A program made the position numbers and the translations under genes. Of a DNA stretch of 64,000 bases, positions 12,204 through 25,369 are shown in pieces. Origin of the DNA: Malacoraja senta (lineage: Eukaryota); the NCBI GenBank assembly GCA_038087875.1, contig CM076000.1, positions 1,860,001 through 1,924,000 of the forward strand. Direction: 5' to 3'. The notes below the pieces were generated by a model, which saw only the letters and a list, made by a program, of their open reading frames with translations, was not told the DNA's origin and did no database searches. Position 1 is the stretch's first letter. Every line of letters starts with the position of its first letter.

Positions 12204-13364
12204 CTGCATGCATAAAGATCAGCTTTAAGATTTGTTTTTGTTTCAAAAGAAAATAATTTGTATTTTTGCCGGGATAAGGCCCTTCAAATTTTTAGTTACC
12301 AGATGGTGGGGTTGGAGTATTAAGTCTGTGGATTTATTTTTACTGCAGTCCTCGGCAATGCCAATTAAACCTTTTTTTTGCACCATCACTGCCATTCTTA
12401 CACCAGCATACCACTGCTGCTTTGCATTAACAAACATGCCAAGACCATCTGCTCTAAAAAATCCTAACTGTGATGTAGGCAATAAAGTTATTATATTATT
12501 TCTGAAGTGTTGCCGGATTACCAATCAGCAGCAACTAAATAATGAAATGTTACATTCATCTACCAGCATTACATGACCTTGAATGTTTTCCATTCTTTGG
12601 TATTGTTCCACTCATGAATATTTATTATTCCAATATTGAATCCTTAACGCTATATTTTTGTTCAGATAGCTCATGCAATTTTTTAATATGCAATCATCAG
12701 TTAAGTGTAGAACTAATACAAATTGTTCTAACACATCAAAGCTGGGCAAAATCTTTTATGCAAGATGTGACAAATTCTCATGAATCTTCATGCTTGCTTA
12801 AATGATTTCATAAAATTACATGAGTAACGATTTGCAGTGTGAATGGCAAAAGAATGCATGGAGGGACCAATCGAAGACAGAGTGCTGGAGTAGCACAGCG
12901 GGTCAGGCAGCATCTTAGGAGAACATGTATAGGTGCCATTTTGGGTCATGACCCTTCTTCTGTAGATAGTCAGAACCTTTTTCCCCAGGGTAGAAGTGTC
13001 AAAGACTAGAGCGCATGGCATTAAGGTTAGAGGGGCAAAGTTTAAAGGATATGTATGGGGCAAGTGTATTTTTAAACAGAGGGTGGTGGGTACCTAGAAT
13101 GCACAGTCACGGGTGTGGTGAAGGCCGATACGACAGTATCTTTTAGGCATATGGATATGCAGGGAATTGATGCAGGCAGAAGAGTTTAGTTAATCTTGGT
13201 GTTTTGTTCAGCACAGACATTGTGGACCAAAGAGCCTTTTTCTGCACTGCACTGTTCTATTACAACAAACAGCTCATAATTTAGATCATAAATACTTCCA
13301 CCACATATCACAAGGAAATTTATTTCTATGTGAATAATAAAATTCCTTTAAAAATATTTCTGAC

Positions 13365-14275
13365 ATTTTGCTGATGATACAAAAGTTAGTGGTTTTGCAG
13401 ATAGTGAAGATGGTTGTGAAAGATTGCAGTAGGATCTGGATCGGTTGGCCAGGTGGGCAGAGGAATGGTTGATGGAATTTAATACAGAGAAGTGTGAGGT
13501 GTTGCATTTTTGGGACGTCGAACAAGGGCAGGACCTACACAGTAAATGGTAGACTTCTGGGTAGTGTTATAGAGCAGAGGGATCTAGGAGTACAAGTGCA
13601 TGGTTTCATGAAGGTCGAGTCACAGGTAGATAAGGTGGTCAAAAAGGCTTTTAGCACTTTGGCCTTCATCAGTCAGAGTATTGAGTACAGAAGTTAGGAG
13701 GTCATGTTGCAGTTGTATAAGACGTTGGCGAGATCGCATTTAGAAGATTGTGTTCAGTTCTGGGCACCATGTTATATGAAAGATATTGTCAAGCTTGAAA
13801 GGGTTCAGAAATGATTTATGAGGATGTTGCCAGGACTAGAGGGTGTGAGCTATAGGGAGAGGTTGAGTAGGCTGGGTCTCTATTCCATGGAACGTGGGAG
13901 GATTAGGGGAGATCTTATAGAGTTATACAAAATTATGAGAGGAATAGATCGGGTAGATCGGGTAGTCTTTTACCCAGAGTCGGGGAATCGAGGACCAGAG
14001 GACATAGGATCAAGGTGAAGGGGAAAAGATTCAATAGGAATCCGAGGGGTAACTTTTTCACACAGAGGGGGTGGGTGTATGGAACAAGCTGCCAGAGGAG
14101 GTAGTTGAGGCTGGGACTATCCCATCATTTAAGAAACAGTTGGACAGGACAGGTTTGGAGGGTCATGGACCAAGCGCAGGCAAGTGGGACTCGGGTAGAT
14201 GGGACATTTTTGGCCGGTGAGGGCGAGTTGGGCCAAAGGGCCTGTTTCCACACTGTATTACTTACTCTATGACTA
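13365..14275 (+). mobile_element. CR1 LINE 3' fragment
   Basis: Starts near TTTGCTGATGAT (FADD); QRDLGVQVH, RGDLIELYKIMRG; 3' tail GGGCCTGTTTCC...CTCTATGACT. Confidence 0.9.
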
Positions 14276-15154
14276 AGTATTGTTAGCAATTTCAGAACTT
14301 GGATTTTACATCCCCAACACTATTCTAAGGTTAGAGAAGGGAACAACAACAGGCAGGCTGCATTATAGATGGCTTCCAGAATACAGGCCTTCTTGAAAGG
14401 TCCCACCAATAATATCACAAACAGCTGATACAATGTTGACCTTCTTTAAACAAGATTATTTAAACAGAAGTAAGGAGCTTGGGTGGCATCTGGGTCCTCT
14501 CACGTGATCTAAAAAACACAACACTTGTGACTGTGCAATCACCATCTTGCAAGAAATTATTAAATAGGCCAAAATATTATATACTGCATAAACATTTTTA
14601 AAATGTCAAAGTTAAAATTTAAGGTTAGATAGATGTCACAGGTATAGTTTTGATTTGCACTGCAGTTTTTCAGCAAAAAAAAGAATAAATGTTAATTTGT
14701 TTAGTTCTTTCATCTTTTGCATTTGCAATGAATGATGTGCTTCTTTGGAACAATTAACAATGCAATTCAAGTAGGAACATCAGACTACTTTCAGTCTGAA
14801 GAAGGCTTCCGAACCCGAAACGTCACCCATCGTTTTTCTCCGGAGACGCTGCCTGACCCGCTGAGTTACTCCAGCTTTTTATGTCTATCGTCAGTATAAA
14901 CCAGCATCTGCAGTTCCTTCCAATACATCAGGACACCCGTTGGCTATTCAGTTCTTAAACCTGTCCCATCAACTCACTTAAATCTGGTCAGCATCTTTCA
15001 GATACGACTCGGTGATCACAATCGCATCCGAATCAAAGGGCCCTTGACCCAAAGATGTATTGGGGAATTGGATCCATATTTGGCTTGGTGACAGAAGGCA
15101 GAGGGCAGTGATGGAAGCGTATTTTTTTTCTGACTGGAAGTCTGTAACTAGAGG

Positions 15155-15450
15155 CCCAAAAGGTTCAAGTCCTACTCTAGTGAACTAAGCAGAAAGTGGG
15201 GGGATTTTCTTTCCTCTGTTGATATGACATGTTGAGGACGGTCAACTCTCCCATGATGCTTTTTTTGAAGACAGAGCTGGTCTAACGAGAGTTTAGCCCT
15301 TGTGTTATCCCTTAATTGACACTGCATGACAATTGTAGCATTTCCAAAATTAGAACAATGACTAAACTTCAGCAGTACTTAAAATACTATATTTATGCTT
15401 TGGGTATCCCGAGGTGAAGATAGGCTTGAAATAAATTGGAGTTTTTCATA
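15155..15450 (+). mobile_element. Old Deu-domain SINE (SacSINE1-like), degenerate
   Basis: GGTTCAAGTCCTACTC head remnant, ACAATGACTAAACTTCAGCAGTACTT and GCTTTGGG..CCGAGG tail resemble the shark Deu-SINE consensus as recalled. Confidence 0.5.
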
Positions 15451-16709
15451 CATACATTTGTTCCATATCCATATATAACTGTACTAAACTAAATAACAGA
15501 ATGGAAACAACTGATGAGAAAATTTACGTGATTTTAATCAGACTAGAAAAATAACAGTAGCCAGATTTTGACTCCAGGATTTCACCAAGAAACTTTGTTC
15601 TATGGCAAAAGTTAAAAGTAGGTGCCTTATTTACATTGGAAATGGCAACGTAAATAAGCCTCAAAACAGTTTGGCTGCTTTCACTTGAATCAAAAGGCAT
15701 GCAAATGCTGTGGAATCAGCATACCATTTAAAACAAATCTGGAAATTTTCCAATTCTATCCCCTAGAAAGATCCTGTTTTCTTTAAAAAATAAAATTGGT
15801 CTGTTCAGACATCCACTTTAATGAGTCCCACAAGTTTGCAGTAGCACTGCAGTTAACTCAATATAAAAGCTTCAGAGTGATTAAGAACATGTGCTACAAA
15901 ATGTTGAACTAATCCATCTGTCAGCTGAATGTATCTAATGATTGTCTTGGCATTCTAATCAATGTATATTTCTACACAATATATTCTTGCAAGCTTCTAC
16001 CTATGTCAGATTTCCGGAAACATATTGCGTATATCCTTTGGATTTTCTGCTGAACCATTTTATACAAGCTCACTTTGCAAACTGAGTTTAAAAAATATCA
16101 CTTCCATGATCCTGGGTATTAGAGCAATTTCATTGAAGTGTCACTACCAATGAGAAAAGAAAACAGGCCATTAAGTTGTTGTTTTCTCAAATTTATCATT
16201 TGGTCAGTGAAGATATTCAGCACAAAAAAAGGATGCTGACAAGTTGTGGAGTACAATAGACTAATATCACAGTGTGACAAATAATCAACATAAAAATAGG
16301 TCATTATATTAAAGAAAATAAGATTAACGTGTTTTCCAAGAATTTTTTAAGTTTCTGACAAACCTAAATGATCGACTTAGCTTTTGTTATTTGTTGAAAA
16401 TGACACATTTCTATTCGCACAGCACTGATGGTATTTTTGATATGACATTCGATCAGTAGGTAGACACAAAGTGTCTTCAGCCTGAATAAGCGTCCCGACC
16501 CGAATTGTCACACATTCTTTGTCTCCAGAGATGCTGCATGACCTGCTGGGTTACTCCAACACTGTGTGTCTATCCGGTATAATGCAGCACCTGCAATTCC
16601 TTGTTTCCATCAGTTAGTCTTTTCTACTCTCTGTAACTGTTTCAAGTTATTTAGAACTGAAATATATTTTAAAAATATTAAAATAATGAAATAAAATAAA
16701 GAACAAGAC

Positions 16710-17066
16710 ATTGGTAAGGACACATTTGGAGTATTGTGTTCAGTTTTGGTCACCCTGTCATAGGAAAGATGTTGTTAAGCTGGTACAGGTGCAGAGGAGA
16801 TTCATGAGAATGTTACCAGTACTAGAGGCCTGAGCTATAGGAGGGGTTGAGCAGGCTAAGACTTTATTCTTTGGAGCGCAGTAAGATGAGGGGTGATCTT
16901 AGAGGTGTGTAAGATTGTGAGAGGAATAGATAGGGTAAATGCACAGAGTCTTTTACCCAGAATAGGGAATCAAGAACCACAGGACATAGGTTTAGGATGC
17001 GAATGGAGAGATTTAATAATCTAATTAACCTAAGGGGCAAGTTTCTCACATAAAGGGTGGTAGGTA
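16710..17066 (+). mobile_element. CR1 fragment, continued at 18707-18785 after the Tc1 insertion
   Basis: GGAGTATTGTGTTCAGTTTTGG etc.; colinear across the TA target. Confidence 0.8.
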
Positions 17067-18706
17067 CAGTGCCCTCCATAATGTTTGGGACAAAGACCCA
17101 TCTTTTATTTATTTGCCTCTGTACTCCACAATGAGATTTGGAATAGAAAAAAAATCACATGTGGTTAAAGTGCACATTGTCAGATTTTATTAAAGGGTAT
17201 TGTTACAGATTTTGGGTTCACCATGTAGAAATTACAGCTGTATTTATACATAGTCCCCCCATTTCAGGGCACCATAATGTTTCAGACACATAGCTTCACA
17301 GGTGTTTGTAATTGCTCAGTTGTGTTTAATTGCCTCCTTAATGCAGGTATAAGAGAGCTCTCAGCACCTAGTCTTTCCTCCAATCTTTCCACCGCCTTTG
17401 GAAACTTTTATTGCTGTTTATCAACATGAGGACCAAAGTTGTGCCAATGAAAGTCAAATAAGCCATTATGAGACTGAGAAACAAGAATAAAAATGTTAGA
17501 GACATCAGCCAAACCTTATGCTTACCAAAATCAACTGTTTGGAACATCATTAAGAAAAAAGAGAGCACTGGTGAGCTTACTAATCGCAAAGGGACTGGCA
17601 GGCTGAGGAAGACCTCCACAGCTGATGACAGAAGAATTATCTCTATAATAAAGGCCCAAACACCTGTCTGACAGATCAGAAACACTCTTCAGGAGTCAGG
17701 TGTGGATTTGTCAATGATCACTGTCCGCAGAAGACTTCATGAACAGAAATACAGAGGCTACACTGCAAGATGCAAACCACTGGTTAGCCGCAAAAATAGG
17801 ATGGCCAGGGTACAGTTTGCCAAGAAGTACTTAAAAGAGCAACCACAGTTCTGGAAAAATGTCTTTCGGACAGATGAGAAGAAGATTTACTTATATTGAT
17901 GATGGCAAGAGCAAAGTATGGAGGAGAGAAGGAACTGCCCAAGATCCACAGCATACCACCTCATCTGTGAAACACGGTTATGACCTGGGCATGTATGGCT
18001 GCTGAAGATACTGGCTCACTTATCTTCATTAATGGTACAACTGCTGATGGTAGTAGCACAATGAATTCTGAAGTGTATAGACACATCCTATCTGCTCAAG
18101 TTCAAACAAATGCCTCAAACCTTATTGGCCGGCGGTTCATTCTACAGCAAGACAATGATCCCAAACATCCTGCTAAAGCAACAAAGGATCTTTTCAAAGC
18201 TAATAAATGGTCAATTCTTGAGTGGCTGTCAATCACCCGATCTGAACCTAATTGAGCATGCCTTTTATATGCTAAAGAGAAAACTGAAGGGGACTAGCCC
18301 CCACAACAAGCATAAGCTAAAGATGGCTGAAATACAGGCCTGGCAGAGCATCACCAGAGAAACCCAGCAACTGGTGATGTCCATGAATCGCAGACTTCAA
18401 GCAGTCATTGCATGCAAAGAATATACAACAAAATACTAAACATGACTACTATCATTTACATGACATTGCTGTGTCCCAAATATTATGGTGCCCTGAAATG
18501 GGGGGGGGGGGGGGGGGGCTATGTATAAACACAGCTGTAATTTCGACACGGTGAAACCAAAATGTATAAAAATGGCCTTTATTAAAATCTGACAATGTGC
18601 ACTTTAACCATATATGATTTTTTTCTATTACAAATCTCAAATTATGGAGTACAGAGACAAATAAATAAATGACGGGTCTTTGTTCCAAACATTATGGAGG
18701 GCACTG
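17067..18706 (+). mobile_element. Tc1-family DNA transposon with long (about 225 bp) IR/DR-type TIRs
   Basis: TA|CAGTGCCCTCCATAATGTTTGG ... CCAAACATTATGGAGGGCACTG|TA; inner repeat CCATAATGTTT near 17272 mirrored at 18475-18490. Confidence 0.95.
17426..18439 (+). pseudogene. Tc1 DDE transposase, multiple stops and frameshifts
   Basis: HTH region (RDISQTLCLPKSTVWNI), FRTDE, QQDNDPKH, SPDLNLIEH motifs spread over four ORF pieces. Confidence 0.92.
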
Positions 18707-21040
18707 TATTTAGAAAGAACTGCCAGAGGAGGTAGTTGAGGCAGGTACTATCACAACATTTAAAATACATTTGGACAGGTGTGCCAGAATGGAGAGGTAC
18801 GGGGGAGGCAGCAGGGCAGAAACTAACTGGTGTTATGTGAAAAGTTAACCGAAAATCAGACAAATTATTCTTTGAAAGGACATTAACAACAATATCATAG
18901 TTTGTTCATTAACCAAATTGTGCACTTATTGAAAAACAAGCAGTTTACTTGAAGCTTCATATCTTTATTAAATCTAAGAAAACTACAATTATATATTTAA
19001 AGTTAATTTACTATAAAGTCTTTCTATTAAGTTTTGCAATCATATTAGCTTTCAAAGGTTCACAGAATGTAAACCACGGAATTTGAAATATCATTTACTT
19101 CAGTGAACACAAAACAAAATGCATTTTTGTGGTTTAATGCTATTGTTTAAAGACAATAAACAGGACAGACACTCAAGATTTGTTACAAAACCACAATGAT
19201 GCATTTAGCAAAATATGCAGTGAATTAAAAGTAAAACCATTGCTTGAGAATGTATTTATATATTATATTAAAAATACTTTACATTGGGAAACTATATGCC
19301 ACTGTGGATAGCAACACCTTTACAGGGTACAAGTTTTTGTTTTTATAAAGCAATCCTAGATTTAAAATAATGAGTGTATAAAGTCCAAAACACCAGGCAG
19401 TAAAAGTTAATTACCAGTTATAATTTTTTTTTAAATTGTAGCATTATTTCAAAAAGCTAATGAGAGAGTTTGATAATACCAGCAATTTGGCAATCGCCAA
19501 ATGTGCTCAAATAAGATGAAATTTGAATATTTTTCTCGGTATGTTCGAAACTTCTTGGGAAGGAGATAGCGGAGGCTTGGGTAATAAAATCATACTCTGA
19601 TTAATAGGTGACGTTCTCCTCAGTAATTGATTCCTGGTTGATCTATTGTGTCTCCATTTACCTCTTGTAAGGCTTTTTAACTACAGTTTTCCAATGATAT
19701 GGATGAAAGAGTAAAGAATTGTATATTCAATTTCGCATAACAAACAGCATGGTAAATTGTGTAGATGAGAGCAGGAGATTACGAAAGAACAAAGACAGAT
19801 CAAAGGAGAGGTAAAAAATGTAGCTGCTTTATTTCAATGTTAAACTTGGAACCATTGACTTATTTTCCAGTAAATTCAAACAGGAAGATTTTCTCAATAA
19901 CGGGATTAAGGGAAATAGAGAAGGATGAGCAAAAAAAAAAACACTGGACTAGAGAGGGAGAATGGAATGTAAAGGTGAGGAAGTGATGCTTCTGTAGAGA
20001 GGCTTGATCAGATGTTTGTTCAATAGATGAGGCATGGAAACTCAATTGACCCTGGAGGCAACGGATAATGCTTGCTGCCAAACAACATGGGTGGATTTTC
20101 CTGGAAGCTCCTCCAAAGGGGCATTGCATCGTTTGATTCCGCATCTGACATGCGGATTGCATAAGATGATCAACTCAAAAGGAATATTATTAATAAACTC
20201 ACAGGAATATTATCCAACATGTCTCTGTAGTAGGATGTTCAAGTCTTCCAATATATTTTTCTTGTGAGTCTTAGTCACTTCCAAATCAAATGTGTTAGAT
20301 TCGAGCAGTTTTAAAGAACAAGCAACAGTCTAAAGCAAGTTGTTACACAGGCCTGTTGACAAAGATTCTGATCTACCAAGGTCAAATCTTTACAAGAAAT
20401 AGGATATTGGATGTGCTGCCCATCAGTTATGGAGCCTTTCTATTTCCTTCTTCAAGAGAGCAGCTTGCTTGTTACATAATTCTCAAGATAAAAAATACTT
20501 GGTGTATGGGTCTCAGAAGAATAACAGAACTAGAAGCCATAGGAAGTCATTTAGCTCTGAGTCGAAGAAGAACACGGGTGATCCACCTGAAATCTCTCTT
20601 GAAGTATTATCCTTGTTGTAAAATTGTGCACCTTAGCTAACAAGGTAAAATCACCACGATTGCAAAAATCAGTTTACTGTTATCTCCAGGTGAGCAACCT
20701 GAACACAGCTTGGATTCCTCACCACCATATAATTAATATTAATTTTCTGGTTCTGGGCAGCTTCAACAACATAAAAATAAGAAAAACAGAACAGGCCTGC
20801 ACTGCCATTCCACATGATCATGGCTGATCTGCCCACTGCCTCATATCCTCTTCTGTTTCTCACAGCCCTCATCTCCTTGATTTCCTTATCTTCGAATTCC
20901 TCTTTAAATAGACCAATGATCTACTCTCCACAAATCGCAGGGGGTAGAACATTTCAGAGATTCATCGTGCTCTGCGAGCAGTAGAGGCTACGATGAACAA
21001 AACAAATCTTTATCCAATCATTGAATCATACAGCATAGAA

Positions 21041-21500
21041 ACGGTTGCCAAACATTTTACCTCCCCTTCCCATTCTGACCTGGACCCCCTCCACTGTCAG
21101 AGTGAGGGCACACGCAAATTGGAGGAACAGCACCTCATATTTCGCTTAGGGCAGTTTGTAACCCAGGTACAAATATTGATTTCGCTAATTTCAAGTGACC
21201 TTTACATTCCCCCTCCCCCACTCTAGTCATCTAACTAGTTCCACTGTTTGCACCCATATATCCCTTCGTTATCACCTCTTCCACGGCCAACGATGGACCG
21301 TTGTGGGCTCCACCTTTTCTCCGTCATCGGTGCCGGTTATGATTTGTTTGGAACCTTCTCATACCTCTCAGTTTGAAGAAAGGTCTATGCCCGAAATGTC
21401 ACATATTCCTTTTTTCCAGAGATGCTGCGTGTCCTTCTGAGTCACTCCAGCATTTTGTGTCTATCATTGGTGTAAACCAGCATCTGCAGTTCCTTCCTGC
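21041..21500 (+). mobile_element. Penelope-like element 3' fragment
   Basis: VAKHFTSPSH..LHCQSEGTRKLEEQHLIFRLG (GIY-YIG C-terminal region) followed by the terminal repeat. Confidence 0.8.
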
Positions 21501-21890
21501 AGATGGAAACAGGCCCTACGGCCCAAGATGCCCCATCTGCACTAGTCCCACCAGCCCAGGTTTGGCCCTCGCCATAAAGACTGGTGTGGTGGGGGGTAGA
21601 ATTGAATGTCAAGTATATTTGCTATTATGGAAACAAAGTAACAGACTATCTGTAGGAAATATATCTTCAGAAGTTCCCTTGAATCTTTATGAGGGAAGCC
21701 GGCTTTTTCTTTTAAGAGAACAATAGTTTGAGTTTTTGTTTATGACAAATATCACAAAGACTACTTACCCTATTTCACTTGTTGCCGTTTCATATTATGA
21801 ACAGCACCAGTAGGAGCAAGTAAAATGATAAATTAAAGCATTTCCTTCACAACAAACGCAGCTTATTTGTGAGAAATTATCAATTTAAAT

Positions 21891-21944
21891 GGGGTGGGAG
21901 ATTGCAACCTTCACGTGGTCTGCCCTGTTTCGACTAATGCAATC
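21891..21944 (+). ncRNA. Minimal HDV-like (CPEB3-type) self-cleaving ribozyme fold
   Basis: P1 GGGGUGG/CUGCCCU, P2 GAUUGCA/UGCAAUC, P3 ACC/GGU, L3 UUCACGU, GU after P1, UUCG mini-P4, J4/2 CUAA, all in nested double-pseudoknot order. Confidence 0.85.
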
Positions 21945-22030
21945 AACCCAACGTGCACAATCAAATCAAATCAAATAGAACAAGTTGTCCAACAACTTTA
22001 GGCTGTGCACGCCATATGCAAGAAGAAAAG
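21891..22030 (+). mobile_element. 140-bp ribozyme-headed SINE with (AGA)n-like tail
   Basis: 12-bp TSD ATCAATTTAAAT (21879-21890) / ATCAATATAAAT (22031-22042); tail CAAGAAGAAAAG; no tRNA head. Confidence 0.8.
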
Positions 22031-22356
22031 ATCAATATAAATAAATAGACACTGACATACTTCACAGATTTCAAAGAACACCAACCCTTTTACAGAAAGG
22101 GTTTGTCTTTTTTTAATGCCTTTTTTATGTAGTTCAAAACATAATTAAGAATAGTGGTTTAAGATTAAGATGTGAAGTCTGTAATGCACTCCTGTTTCCA
22201 TCTGATCATGATATTGCAACAAGGTTTGAATTTAGTTTGTTGAAAAATATAATTAGTTACTATAAACTTCCAACATATTTTCATTGTCCGCCAATAGAAT
22301 CGCATTCAAAACATATTAGACTGGGATGTTTAAGGAGTTAATAATGTAAACAAAAC

Positions 22357-22515
22357 CTTGGAAAAAGATGAAGTGTTGCTTTAAGTCTTGGATGCACACT
22401 GTGATTTTGCCTAGTTAAATCCAATTCTTTTTGTGAAGAAATTTCCATGATCATGTTCGGAGCAGCATAATTTGTTCCATAAACCCAAACATTTATAAAA
22501 CAAGGGTTCTTAAAC
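22357..22515 (-). CDS. Candidate 159-bp exon of an unidentified gene (FKNPCFINVWVYGTNYAAPNMIME...LHLFP)
   Basis: T-rich tract plus TAG acceptor, AAG|GTTTTG donor, single open frame, phase 2-2. Confidence 0.4.
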
Positions 22516-23308
22516 CTACCAAATAAAACAGCACATGATAAAAGTACTCCTTTGAAAACCTTCACTGGTCCAAATAAATGAGTTACAAGTCAGTGGTTAC
22601 AGAGCAGTGTCATCTATCAAAATGCACTCTTTTACTTTCATAAAGTCAATGAAATAAATCTAATAAGATGCAATTTATGGTTCTTGGATAAACCATGTAA
22701 TAGATGCTTTTGTTCATGTCCAATACATGCCCCGGGAGTCTTCAATGTTTTCCTTCTAATTTAATCTCTAATTTACATTAATCATTTAATCAAATATGAT
22801 GAATGATACTTTATGAAAATCTGATGTAACACTAAAGCAATGTAATTTATTGATAGAGAATAACATTACTTTTCCACAGTGCATTTCAAAAGGCTGCTTT
22901 AATTGCCAAAAAGCCTGTACAAACTTGTAGAGGAAAAGTATAAAAGTTTATTAAATGTCAGCAAGGAATTCCAGTAGCATACAATTTAAAAAAAAAGCAA
23001 TTCTACAATAGGTGAATTTGTCCCTTTCGAGTACTGCTTTTAAGTGTATTCCACCAGAGCATGAAAATGGCACTGCACAAGTGAAAAGCCACACACATCA
23101 GAAAATTAAACGCCAGGGTGAAGATCATTGGGGCAGAACAACCATTTTTGTGGACCTTTTCTGCATATCTTTTCTGGTCAGGTAAAGCAGGAGCTGTAGA
23201 ACAACTAGCTGAGAGTGGCAGAAACCAGCCTGACGTACTAGCCAGTTGTGAGAACATTCTAAGCATTGCAAAAGTTAACAAAACATTTAAATTTAAGTTT
23301 AGTTTTAC

Positions 23309-23397
23309 CTCCTCAAAATCCTCCTCCACAAGTTCTAGATTACATGAGGATGTAAATAGACTATTTTTGGACACAAAAGTGGCAAATTGAATTCCAT
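23309..23397 (-). CDS. Candidate exon (GIQFATFVSKNSLFTSSCNLELVEEDFEE)
   Basis: TAG acceptor, GAG|GTAAAA donor, single open frame. Confidence 0.35.
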
Positions 23398-23498
23398 CTA
23401 GATGTGTGCAAGATAATACATTAGGGGAAGGTAAACAAGACAATTAAGTATTTTGAAATAGTAGAATAGAAAATATAAAAGAACGGAGGGATTGGAAT

Positions 23499-23733
23499 GT
23501 GTAGAAAGGAACTGCAGATGCTGGTTTATACCGAAGATAGACACAGAGTGCTGGAGTAACTCAGCAGGTCAGGCAGCATCCCTGGAGAAAAAGGACTCTG
23601 AGTCTGGCTCCAAGACTTCTGACTCCGAGACTTCAGAGTCTGAAAAAGGGTCCCAACCTAATACGTAATCCATCCTTTTTCTCCAGAGATGCTGCCTGAC
23701 CTGCAGAGATACTTAGCACTTTGTGTCTATTTT
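23499..23733. mobile_element. Short Penelope-derived retroposon with inversion
   Basis: Near-identical flanks GGAGGG(G)ATTGGAATG on both sides (TSD); inverted terminal-repeat copies. Confidence 0.75.
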
Positions 23734-25369
23734 TGGAGGGATTGGAATGCTTTTCCATAAATTCCTGAAGTTAGCAGGAGATGTAGCTTGGGTAGTTAGG
23801 AAAACATACATGATATCTTTTTTTATTAGCCGGGGCATAGAAGCCATGCTAGAAATGTATAACTGTAGGTTTACTGCAGTACACAGAGGACATGATTGCA
23901 GAGCAAACATACAAGGATAATGAAGGGCTGATCCCTTGGTTGATCACTTAAAGGCATAGATTTAAAATAAATTACAACAAATATTGGAGGGGAAGGAGAG
24001 AAAACCTGTTTTTAACCTGAAGAATGGTAGTGATTTAGTTTGGTACAGATAGAAACCGTTATTTGTATTTAAGATGTACTTGAATGAGCACTTTAAGGAT
24101 CATGACTTGTAAAGTTACCAATAAAATGCTGGAAGGTGTAGGATGGAATTGCGGATGCTGGATTACACTGAAGTTGGACACAAAACGCTGGAGTAACTCA
24201 GCGGGCGGGACAGGCAGCATCTCTGGAAAAAAGGAATAGGTGATACAGGGCTCTCGCTTAACTTTTTTTCCCTGTTGCCAGCCGGGCAACCTTGGCAGCT
24301 TTTTAGGTTGCTAAATGACAGTTTAGGTGGTCAGTTAAGATGGCTTGCATGGCGCGTGCGATAATGTGCTCGGACGAAGTGCGTAGTTACCAGTCGGAAT
24401 TATACTCAATGAAGCATTCACATATTATTTCTGCTTCAAATAAAGTTACAAACTAAACATATTCACCAATCAAGACATGATATATCCCACAATGACATGC
24501 AGCAAAATTATAAGACAGTATCTCAACTCTTTTTACACATTGCAATGAATGCAATTTCTATTAGTTCTTTCCACTTCCAAACAAAAATGTGGTTGGATTA
24601 TTCAGCGTATGATCAACCTGTGTCAATAAATCCTGGACCATGGTAAAATATATGCGTATGTATAGTTGTGAATGTTGCTCATTAAATAACTACAGTACTG
24701 ATACTCCATATTAAGAGCATTGATTTGCCGTTAAAATGAATTCTGTAATAACGTGTCAATGGTAGCAGTGACAATCGAACACTGCGGTTTTAATGTTTCA
24801 CGTGTTCACAATTTAATTAATCCATCTTTATAGATTAAAACAAATCTGTTGCATTCCGTTATCAAACAGTCAATGTTCGCTCTGAAGACATTTCCAGCAC
24901 AATAGGGGTCAGGGAGGGGGGTGTATGTGAATCAGTGCGGGGTGGATAGATGGCGGAGGTGGAGGGGGGGTGGTTAGAAGGCAGTCGGTGCAGAATGGAT
25001 GGATTGAGTCAGGTGAATTGGTACTTGTTGGTTGGAGTAGGTAAAATTGTGAGGGGAGAGCATGGGGAATGTCAGTGGTGTTGAATGGGGGGGTTCAGTA
25101 CGGGATGGATGGGGGTAGACAAAAGTGCTGGAGAAACTCAGCGGGTGAGGCAGCATCTATGGAGCGAAGGAAATCGGCAAGGTTTCGGGTCGAGACCCTT
25201 CTTCAGACTGTTCCCATCATTCTTCTTGAATGGGAGGATCAGTACAGGATGGATGGATGGATGGATGGATGGGGGGGGGGAGATCAGCGCAGGATGAATG
25301 GGGGGGGGGTCAGTACAGTGTGGATCGGAGGGTCTGTGCAGGATGAATGGGGGATCACTACAGGATGGA

